Positions 1 through 7,425 of a DNA stretch of 22,767 nt are shown in pieces (within the stretch, counting starts at the first letter, position 1; each line of letters opens with the position of its first letter). Source of the DNA: an uncultured Verrucomicrobiales bacterium (GTDB lineage Bacteria; Verrucomicrobiota; Verrucomicrobiia; Verrucomicrobiales; DEV007); contig CALKOM010000187.1 of assembly GCA_938091905.1 (NCBI GenBank), forward strand, positions 1 to 22,767. The letters run 5' to 3'. Both the position numbers and the translations under genes were made by a program. The notes under the pieces were generated by a model that did no database searches, was not told the DNA's origin, and was given only the letters and a program-made list of their open reading frames with translations.

Positions 1-263
1 ATGTCCAAGCAGCGCCAGGAGCATCCCTGCCTCAATCGGAAGAGGATTGCTCTGAGAACAAGCTCAGGATCCATCGGTGGCCTGCCACCTTTATCGACTT
101 CTGTTAGTTTTTCTCCTTGGGAATCAGATCAATTTTTTTAGGCGTTTGGCTTGAGCCTCCGCCTTGGCGTGTTCGTTGATCTGAGTCATAATATGTATGT
201 TGGTGCCACAACTCTACCATCTATCTTAAAAACAGCAAGGCGAAACCGTTATCAAACACACCC
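1..263 (-). mobile_element. IS5-family insertion sequence, left end with disrupted transposase N-terminus (continues beyond window start)
   Basis: Minus-strand translation of about 1-127 gives SDSQGEKLTEVDKGGRPPMDPELVLRAILFRLRQGCSWRCLD, matching the IS5-family N-terminal pattern GRP...V..AI..L..GC.WR.L. The ATG at 189 opens MTQINEHAKAEAQAKRLKKLI-stop in another frame. A candidate terminal IR GGGTGTGTTTGATAAC starts at 263 next to CTAG. Confidence 0.75.
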
Positions 264-305
264 TAGGGCGATCACTATACTTTGGTGAGGTAGTATTCAT
301 ACAGT

Positions 306-2099
306 TCAGTGAACTGTTTCCTCGCGCTCCCATTGTTGGTAGGCATCCTTGTAAGCAGAACATCGAGTCACGAGCCTATCATGAGAGCCGTCGTCGGCAA
401 GCTGGCCCTCATCGAAAAAAAGAATCCGAGGAGACTGGCTGAGTAGATCAATGCGGTGAGTGACTAGAATGGTGGTGCCTTCGCTGGCACGGGTTCGGTT
501 GAGAATAGAATCGCGAATCAGGGACTCGCTTTCAGGTTCAACGGACGCTGTCGGTTCGTCAAGTAGCAGCAACGTCGGCTTGGAAAGCAAAGCTCTAGCG
601 AGACTAAGACGTTGACGCTGACCACCTGATAGCTTTACGCCATTCTGTCCAACATGAGTGTTGTAGCCGTTTGGGAGACCATCGATGAAGCCACTCGCAT
701 TAGCTCCTTGTGCTGCGGCCAAGAGTTCTGTCTCGCTGGCGTCGGGCTTAGCATAGAGAAGGTTCTCGCGAACAGTACCATCGAAGAGATAACTTTCCTG
801 CCTAACGAGTCCAATCGTTTCTCGCAAACTGCCTAGCTGAACATTTCGTACATCAATGTTATCAACCAGAAGTTGACCGCCAGTCACGTCGAAGTAACGG
901 GGAATCAGATTGAGCAGTGTGGTCTTGCCTGAGCCGCTGCTACCTGCAATAGCAACGAACTCCCCAGAGTGGATTGTTAGATTGACATCCGTTAGGATCG
1001 GTTTTTGCGAGACGTAGTGGAAAGAAAGGTTTTCGAGTTTAACGGAGCCACGGACTGGCTTAGGAAGTAGTTGTGCATTTGGAGTATCGATGATCGCTAC
1101 TGGTGCCTGCATGAGTTCAAACACGCGTGCAGCTGAGGCCCTAGCTCGTTGCAAAATATCACTGGTTTGAGCGATCGTTCGAATAGGGCTCTGTAACCGC
1201 CACCAGAATCCTCGATACGCGAGCAGGCCTCCAATGGTGAAAGCTGTGCTTTGGTTCATGATAAGCCATGCCCCGACTCCTAACATGATAATATTATTGA
1301 TGAATCCAAAAACGGACACGATGGGGAAGTAGATCTGCCTCAACTTCGATGCCTTAATGCTTGCCTCGTAAAAGGCGTTGGCTTTCTTTGCGAAGGCGCG
1401 TTCCTCAGCACCTTGTTGGCCATAGGCCTGAGTTTCCTGGACCCCTGTCAGCCGATCCTGGACGAACGATCCGATCTTTCCCAAGCGCGAGCGCACCCCT
1501 GAATAAATTGATTTCACGCGCCGATTGTACATGCGAATGAAGATGAACGAGACTGCTAGAGGCAGTATAGATACAGAACCCACCAGCGGACTGATCCACA
1601 ATACCATACCAGCAACTACGACGAATGTTACCAGTTCGCCAAGCAGGGACGTCAACCCTTGGAGGACGGACTGCTCCATGGCGTCCACATCACTGATAAT
1701 CCTCGTCACCAACTCGCCAGAGTGCGTCTCATGATGGTAGGCTAGTGATTGGTGTTCAAACTTCGCAAAGAGGTCCACGCGAATGTCTCGCACGAAAGCT
1801 TGCCCTGCCTTTTCCAATAAATATGTGTGTATGGCCTTGACTACTACACCAACGAGGTAGGTGAACAGCATGACGGCCAGCCAGAATGCAAGGCTACTCG
1901 ACGTAAGGCTGCCAGATATAAGTTTGTCAGCGACGATGCCCCAAACAAGAGGGTGGAAGTTCATTAGGGGGACCGCAACCAAAAGCATCACGAGCGACGC
2001 TATGACCGATCGCCGATAAGGCTTCAGTCTTGGCCAAACAGAAGGAATGATCCCTGCGGTTGAAGGAGATTCTCGCTGGATTTCAGGAGCTAAATTCAC
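306..2099 (-). CDS. ABC transporter, fused permease/ATP-binding protein (MsbA/MdlB-like exporter)
   Basis: 597 aa. N-terminal transmembrane domain, Walker A GSSGSGKT, signature LSGGQ, Walker B LLLLDEPTA, H-loop VTHR. Confidence 0.95.
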   Translation of the reverse strand: MNLAPEIQRESPSTAGIIPSVWPRLKPYRRSVIASLVMLLVAVPLMNFHPLVWGIVADKLISGSLTSSSLAFWLAVMLFTYLVGVVVKAIHTYLLEKAGQAFVRDIRVDLFAKFEHQSLAYHHETHSGELVTRIISDVDAMEQSVLQGLTSLLGELVTFVVVAGMVLWISPLVGSVSILPLAVSFIFIRMYNRRVKSIYSGVRSRLGKIGSFVQDRLTGVQETQAYGQQGAEERAFAKKANAFYEASIKASKLRQIYFPIVSVFGFINNIIMLGVGAWLIMNQSTAFTIGGLLAYRGFWWRLQSPIRTIAQTSDILQRARASAARVFELMQAPVAIIDTPNAQLLPKPVRGSVKLENLSFHYVSQKPILTDVNLTIHSGEFVAIAGSSGSGKTTLLNLIPRYFDVTGGQLLVDNIDVRNVQLGSLRETIGLVRQESYLFDGTVRENLLYAKPDASETELLAAAQGANASGFIDGLPNGYNTHVGQNGVKLSGGQRQRLSLARALLSKPTLLLLDEPTASVEPESESLIRDSILNRTRASEGTTILVTHRIDLLSQSPRILFFDEGQLADDGSHDRLVTRCSAYKDAYQQWEREETVH

Positions 2100-2142
2100 T
2101 GTGTAGGACGTCTGCGATTATGGGCTAAACACCAACCGAACC

Positions 2143-2161
2143 GCAAGCATTGGCTGCTTGC
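2143..2161. other. Short intergenic hairpin (possible mRNA stability or attenuation element)
   Basis: GCAAGCA-TTGGC-TGCTTGC: perfect 7-bp stem between the ARH gene and the ABC gene, with no clean U-tract. Confidence 0.3.
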
Positions 2162-2177
2162 TGGCAGACTGAAATCT

Positions 2178-3200
2178 TTACTTAATAAAAACGGGCGGCT
2201 CAGCTAGACCTTCCCGCCAACGTCTGGGCCAGTTGTCTGTCCCATTGGCAGCTCCAAGCAGAGCTCCTAGAACACCCCCACGATGGACGTTGTCCCCACC
2301 AAGGTTGGTGTTAGCAATGAGTCCTTGCTCGGGCAGATCAGCATACTTCAGCGCGAGGTAGATGACTGCGGGTACGGCTTGATCGATGTAACAGGCGGTT
2401 GAGAGAAGGCGACCGATCACTTCTTCATCATCGCGTTTCAGCCATTTGTTAAACGGAAAGCCAAAGAAGGGGTTTCGCTGTCGCGAACACTCCTCGAGGA
2501 TCACTTCAGAAAGCGGCCTGCCATTCAGCGTAGGCAAAAGCAGAGACAGAATTGCCTCCCCAGCAAGACGCATTTCCTTCCCGGGGTGTGTCATGGCAAG
2601 ACTTTCCAAGGCTATCCCATGAGCATTGTCAGCATCGTGCCCGAAGTAGAGGGCTACAGGCAAGTGCATGACCAAACCACCAATGTGCCTTTCCTGAATC
2701 CCACACTTTTCAAGAGGAACACCACGCCCGAGATTGCTAAAGAATCCGCGATGACATTCTTCAATATAAGTGTCCCGGTGGTTTTGTGGCGGGGCGAGGA
2801 AGTCGACGTAGCGCTTTAGGTATTCAGTAGAATCATAACCACCTGTCTCCTGGAGCATCTGCCAGAGAAGGCCAGCGAGTTTGATTGATAGCGTATTCTC
2901 GCCGGCCCCCAACGCTTGGTGATAATGAACTCCACGTTGACCCCAGAGGGGGCGTTGATCCCCAAGGATATCGAGTTCGGGAGAAGGCGCGTCCCAGCGA
3001 GAGCGCCAAAAGATGCTGTCAGGGTGCGGTCTTTTTGGCTGGACGAAATCTGTGATCCTACCGTAGTCCCGCTGAAGCGCGAACCGATCATAATACCAGT
3101 GAGCTGGCATGGCCAACGCATCTGCGATCCAACTACCCAAGAGAGCACCGCTGATCTTGTCGCAGTCACCCTCACTCAAGCACAGTGGGGCAGGCTTCAA
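2178..3200 (-). CDS. ADP-ribosylglycohydrolase family protein (J1-crystallin/SelJ-like subgroup)
   Basis: 340 aa. Motifs GALLGSWIADALAMPAHWYYD, MTHP and ANTNLGGDNVHRGGVLGALLGAANG...WP..W. The TTG start overlaps the upstream stop (TTGA). Confidence 0.88.
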   Translation of the reverse strand: MKPAPLCLSEGDCDKISGALLGSWIADALAMPAHWYYDRFALQRDYGRITDFVQPKRPHPDSIFWRSRWDAPSPELDILGDQRPLWGQRGVHYHQALGAGENTLSIKLAGLLWQMLQETGGYDSTEYLKRYVDFLAPPQNHRDTYIEECHRGFFSNLGRGVPLEKCGIQERHIGGLVMHLPVALYFGHDADNAHGIALESLAMTHPGKEMRLAGEAILSLLLPTLNGRPLSEVILEECSRQRNPFFGFPFNKWLKRDDEEVIGRLLSTACYIDQAVPAVIYLALKYADLPEQGLIANTNLGGDNVHRGGVLGALLGAANGTDNWPRRWREGLAEPPVFIK

Positions 3201-3397
3201 CCGGCCCTCCGGCGTTGGTCGAACAGAACGGCTTTCCTATCATTTTTACTTGGGCAGTCACCGGCCACACCCGGTAAGCGCTGCTCACATCGCACTCTCC
3301 TCATCTGTTGGTCCGCGACTCTCCCCAGCACAATTAAGCATACCACAATTCCTAGAATAAGAACGAATGGAATCATTCCAAGAACGTAAAGGCTCAT
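3197..3397 (-). CDS. Small single-pass membrane protein, hypothetical
   Basis: 66 aa with a hydrophobic N-terminal helix (LYVLGMIPFVLILGIVVCLIVLG). ATGA overlap with the upstream ORF and TTGA overlap with the downstream ORF. Confidence 0.55.
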   Translation of the reverse strand: MSLYVLGMIPFVLILGIVVCLIVLGRVADQQMRRVRCEQRLPGVAGDCPSKNDRKAVLFDQRRRAG

Positions 3398-3597
3398 GAA
3401 TCTGATCCTCCTAGCGTTACTGCAGCGATACTAACCGACCTCAAACCCACCCCTAGGGCTAGTATCGGGGGGACCAAGAGACCTGCGGAAGCACCATTAA
3501 CATGGCTGGTCAGGAACCAGAGAAAGACACTGACGACAAAACTAAGCAATGCTACCGAGAGGAAACAAAGACGAAAACGGGTGGGTAATCGGATCAT
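3394..3597 (-). CDS. Small two-helix membrane protein, hypothetical
   Basis: 67 aa, ATG start, two hydrophobic segments. Its stop overlaps the next start (ATGA). Confidence 0.55.
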   Translation of the reverse strand: MIRLPTRFRLCFLSVALLSFVVSVFLWFLTSHVNGASAGLLVPPILALGVGLRSVSIAAVTLGGSDS

Positions 3598-3770
3598 TAT
3601 GGGTGAGACTGTGTTGAGGAGGAGCGAACCCGCATGCTTTTCTAAACGCCTGTCGAACCAGTTCAGACTCTATTGTTGAATAATTGTAGGATGTAACTAC
3701 TTGATTTTGTTTCATGTTTGTCTAACTGTCGTGCTCAGCTTCAGGTGGAACTTATTGGTCATGAAGAACG

Positions 3771-3824
3771 AGAGAGATAGAGGGATAGAGAGATAGAGAG
3801 ATAGAGAGATAGAGAGATAGAGAG
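3771..3824 (+). repeat. 8-bp tandem repeat (AGAGAGAT) x about 6.75
   Basis: Read directly: AGAGAGAT AGAGGGAT AGAGAGAT AGAGAGAT AGAGAGAT AGAGAGAT AGAGAG, with one mismatched unit. Confidence 0.95.
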
Positions 3825-4024
3825 TAGCTTTTTGAGATCGCTTCAGTTCCCTGCCTTACCGGAGTGTTGACGCTCAGCACTCGCGTTTAGAAGAAACGCC
3901 ATCGTGTTGTGCATCCTAAGCGATCCGAACCGAGGCTCGCCCTTGCACACTTGGAGATGTCCAGCGCCTGACATTACCCAAACTATTGGCTGATTGTGGT
4001 CATGCCATCGGGACAACCGCTGGA

Positions 4025-4056
4025 CTCACGACCAAGCAATCTCACGACCAAGCAAT
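4025..4056 (+). repeat. Perfect 16-bp tandem duplication
   Basis: CTCACGACCAAGCAAT at 4025-4040 and again at 4041-4056. Confidence 0.95.
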
Positions 4057-4134
4057 TATAGCAGCGATCGGCGGCCAAGAGGGGAGCCGAAAGCCTAAGC
4101 GGCCGGGGAAGCAAGTCCTGCCGCACGTTAGTCA

Positions 4135-4762
4135 TTGGGGGAAAACCTTCGCGAACAGTTCACAGATCCCAAACTCGTCGCGGAGACTGAGCTTAGGGGC
4201 TCGTTTGGATCTCTCAAAGAGGCACGGGAATCGGCTTCTATTGCCGTCGATATCGTTCTGGTTGATGGCCTTACGTTATCCGAGTACACAATTTTTACAG
4301 CTCAAAAACTAATCGAGCGAACGCAAGTCACGTACGGTCATCACCTATCGTGTCACGCAGCACTCGACCAATGCCATGACAGAGAAAGGGATTAGAGAAT
4401 TACCCCGGTGAAAGGCCGCGTGAATGTGCAGGAGCCTCAAGCATGACCTCAAGGTGGTGTGGGACTGGCAAATTTTAGTTCCCGTCCAGAGCACATGGGC
4501 CCCGTTGATGAGAAGGTCCCTTCAAGAAGCTTCACGGATTGGCAACTGGCCAAGGCCTCTCAAGCGACTAACGAGATTGAATGGGAGTGCCCGCAGTAGC
4601 TCGGAGGTTCCCTAAACAACCTAACCTCCTTCTAACAGTAATCCCTGGAATGCGAAAGCCGAAGCTATAAAAGCACGGCTCTTCATCGCTTTCTGCATGA
4701 GACGACCGTTGAAGCGCGATTCATGACGGAGTGTGCTTAAAGCGATGATTGAAGCCGAGTAG
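4135..4762 (+). pseudogene. Probable decayed NarL/LuxR-type response regulator
   Basis: Colinear fragments across frames: receiver-like LRGSFGSLKEARESASIAVDIVLVD, linker-like LKHDLKVVWDWQILVP, HTH-like LTR/EWECPQ*LGGSLNN, ARLFI and ETTV. Recognised by eye only. Confidence 0.35.
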
Positions 4763-4824
4763 ATAAGATTGTAGAGGGGTGGGAAAGGCTGTTCAGTTTT
4801 TGTTAAATAAAGTGGTTGAATTAT

Positions 4825-4853
4825 GCATCCAAAATGCTCGAATAGGACGTAAA
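4825..4853 (+). promoter_or_regulatory. Candidate ECF-type promoter upstream of the small ORF-sigma operon
   Basis: GCATCC-N17-CGTAAA in an AT-rich tract about 20 nt before ATG 4874. It resembles the ATCC...CG(T/A)A motifs of SigK/RpoT-like ECF sigma factors. Confidence 0.4.
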
Positions 4854-4873
4854 CATAGACAAATACTAAACAG

Positions 4874-5071
4874 ATGAATAAAAAGATCACCGAGAGGGCA
4901 AGGGAATACCAGCAGACATTAAGTAGGCGGCACCAGAGTTCGGATGGGACGATAGTTGCGATCCAGTCGCAGATCGGGTGGCTAAAGCTCCTCGAGGTGC
5001 TGGTTGGCGAAGAACGTGGACGTGAGCTCTTCAACGAGATTGTCGTCGGGCATGATCTTAGCACTGGCTAA
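4874..5071 (+). CDS. Small hypothetical protein upstream of the ECF sigma factor
   Basis: 65 aa, ATG start after an AT-rich region, ending 24 nt before the sigma gene on the same strand. Protein-like helical composition. Confidence 0.55.
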   Translation: MNKKITERAREYQQTLSRRHQSSDGTIVAIQSQIGWLKLLEVLVGEERGRELFNEIVVGHDLSTG

Positions 5072-5095
5072 CACTTCAGGTTTGAAACACGCGTT

Positions 5096-5686
5096 ATGAC
5101 ACCAAAGGAAAGCCAGCTGGACAACGAGCGCCTCCTAGAACTCATGGAGGGCGTCACGGGTGGTGACGCAAAAAGTTTTGACCAACTCTGCGAGGCTGTT
5201 CGCGGGATTCTGTCGGCAACTATCTTCAAAGTGCTTAACAATAAAGAGGACTCTGAGGATATCTGTCAGGAGGTTCTCGCGAAGGTATGGGAGCATAGTG
5301 ACCTGTTCGATAACTCGAGAGGGCGGCCACTGACGTGGCTCCGGACCCTGGCGAGGAACAGAGCCATAGATCGGTTGCGTAGCAAACAACGTCGGGCTAG
5401 CCTGAACGAGCGCTTCCGTGGTGAGGTTGATACTCCAGCGAACACAGTTTCACGTGATTTAACGGAAATGGTTAGTGCGAATGAGCAGGGAAAAATTGTG
5501 AGGGATGCCGTAATTGAGCTGTCGCCCGACCAGCAGCAAGTGTTGGAGCTCGCTTACTTTCGTGGTCTTACGCAGTCTGAGATAGCTGTCCGGCTTGATC
5601 AGCCGATCGGCACGGTGAAGGCTAGAATCAGGCGGGGTGTTAAGTGTCTTCGCGATCGTGTTCTTCCGGTGCTTTCAGTTGCTTAA
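5096..5686 (+). CDS. ECF sigma-70 family RNA polymerase sigma factor (SigK-like)
   Basis: Region 2 SEDICQEVLAKVW...TWLRTLARNRAIDRLR. Region 4 LSPDQQQVLELAYFRGLTQSEIAVRLDQPIGTVKARIRRG. Confidence 0.95.
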   Translation: MTPKESQLDNERLLELMEGVTGGDAKSFDQLCEAVRGILSATIFKVLNNKEDSEDICQEVLAKVWEHSDLFDNSRGRPLTWLRTLARNRAIDRLRSKQRRASLNERFRGEVDTPANTVSRDLTEMVSANEQGKIVRDAVIELSPDQQQVLELAYFRGLTQSEIAVRLDQPIGTVKARIRRGVKCLRDRVLPVLSVA

Positions 5687-5755
5687 ATCGCCTTTCAGTT
5701 TGTTCCCTCGGTTAATTGCTGGATGAGGGGCTGTTGCAATTTGATGCAGGCGTAG

Positions 5756-6618
5756 TCAGTAACTGCGAAATTTCGTACTCTGTACACCGCTTGTCATACG
5801 TGACTGTTTTACCCTTCGATTTTTTCTGAAGTGAATTCGTGTTTTTAGGGGGAGACGGTTTTCTCCTCCTGCTTTCGGAATTCTTCTGCTAGTGTTTCGA
5901 GTGACGGAGCGCTTCTTTCGCCCGCCATGGCGGACCACGGCATTATTCGTTTCTTGACAGAACTTGGAAGTCGACAGTGAACAAATACGCGGATCTATGG
6001 TTTCACGATACGGGCCGTTGTGGGTCCGCAATTAACATCTTAATTTCCTCCGAAATTTCAAATGGCTATTTCCTTAGCACGTAGAACTCTACCGCGTTCG
6101 GTGGCGGTAGCCGATCGTGCGAAAGCCATTAGTCCACGCTGCATAACTTGGACCGCTTTACTATAGGAGTGGACATAAATCTCTCGGGCGTTCCCAAAGG
6201 CATTCGTTGACCAGTTGGAGGATACGGTCAATCCGGTCCTTCTCAATGCGCTGTGGCTCGATCGTAGGCTTATATACGACACAGCAATCCCTTTATTGCA
6301 TTCACGCACGTCTTGGAGCAAGCGCTTTCCGAAATGAGTGATGGTGGGAGTGTTGGTAAATCCACCAAAAACGAAGCGGTTCTTTCATGCAATCGTAGTG
6401 GAGTCATCAGACCAGGCTGCCGTGTCATCCCAGCGCCGACTGTCTCCGACCAAGTAGGCTTCATTTCTGGCGGGCTAGGATATTACACTATCATTTTAGC
6501 TTGCTTCACCAAAGCGCCGGAAACCAAAAGCGTCGGCGTTAAGGTTTGAATGCGTGAAGGAGGCAACAACAACCAACGCTGTCGCTGCCAACGAAAGGAA
6601 TGAGTTTCGTCGAGACAT
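5756..6618 (-). pseudogene. Probable decayed secreted-protein gene
   Basis: ATG 6618 opens the signal peptide-like MSRRNSFLSLAATALVVVASFTHSNLNA. The same frame continues through stops at 6496-6498, 6475-6477 and 6385-6387 into ORF 6058..6321. The 3' boundary is uncertain. Confidence 0.4.
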
Positions 6619-6789
6619 AGATAGGGCCCATTGAGGTTCCCCCGTTAAACGAGTCACTTGGGGGAAGTAGAGCTCAGGGGTCGGCCCTTAAACTGCACAG
6701 GCTAAATAGTGATACGGGGGAAAACGCTGGCATCATTTTCTCCGATATACGAGCATACGGTTGTCTTCGCCAGCCAGCAGGCGAAACCC

Positions 6790-7353
6790 TTAGTTTTGCT
6801 CCCTGTCATCCCCTTGGAACAGGATGTCAGGCACGTTGGACAGAGGATCTTGCAATGGGGCGTCAGGCAGAGGAGGCGGCACGAAATCTGGCGGTGGGGG
6901 TGCGGTCGGTAGCTTGATTTCCCTTCCACGATAACGGGTCGGCCGGATCTTGGGTCTAGGATCGGCGAACTTACCTCGCCGAGCAGAGCGTGCCCGAGCT
7001 CGATCTCGGCGGAACTGCTTGAGAGTTGTCAGGTCATCAGTAGGCATGCTAGCCTCGCGACCATTGCTCAGCCGAATCTGCGTCCAGCCATCGGCGCTAC
7101 GCTCAATAACGCGCACAGTCGTTCCCATCTTCACAGAGCCACCAATAGCCATCTTTCCATCGGTGGTACTAGTGTAGTGCAGGCACTCTTGCCGTGTCGT
7201 GGCCGTGCCAATCGCCGGGCGCACTGGCTTATTAGTCTCTCTGGCCGTTGCTTTTCCGACTTTAGCCGCAGCTTTCGAAGCTTGAGGCGCCTTCGGTTGG
7301 CAAGCGGTAAGGCACAAGCTTACCAAGCAGACGATTTGGAAAGAGCCGTGCAT
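6790..7353 (-). CDS. Lipoprotein with bacterial SH3-like domain and Pro-rich C-terminal tail
   Basis: Likely start ATG 7353: MHGSFQIVCLVSLCLTAC (lipobox LTAC). SH3-like GTTVRVIERSADGWTQIRLSNGREASMP. Tail PTAPPPPDFVPPPLP. Confidence 0.75.
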   Translation of the reverse strand: MHGSFQIVCLVSLCLTACQPKAPQASKAAAKVGKATARETNKPVRPAIGTATTRQECLHYTSTTDGKMAIGGSVKMGTTVRVIERSADGWTQIRLSNGREASMPTDDLTTLKQFRRDRARARSARRGKFADPRPKIRPTRYRGREIKLPTAPPPPDFVPPPLPDAPLQDPLSNVPDILFQGDDREQN

Positions 7354-7425
7354 AAAGAAATAGTCTAGCAAGCAATCGCCACCTTCACAGTGCCGGATCC
7401 AGCTATTCTCATCCCTGGGAAATGT

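Noticed and set aside
2178..3200. Selenocysteine-containing SelJ orthologue
   Set aside because: The ORF has no in-frame TGA.
3771..4056. Possible CRISPR array from the repeats
   Set aside because: The repeats are directly tandem with no spacers, and there are no cas genes in the window.
4070..4130. Group II intron domain V or riboswitch (GAGCCGAAAG..., GCGGC/GCCGC stem)
   Set aside because: It does not match the domain V consensus or any riboswitch I can recognise, and short GC stems arise by chance.
4621..5064. 147-aa minus-strand ORF with a hydrophobic stretch (possible anti-sigma)
   Set aside because: The hydrophobic run comes from the AT-rich promoter tract read antisense, and the ORF overlaps the more plausible plus-strand ORF.
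6637..6690. Hairpins TTCCCCC/GGGGGAA and AGGGG/CCCTT as a structured RNA
   Set aside because: The stems are short and low-complexity, with no recognisable family. They could be a weak terminator but cannot be supported.
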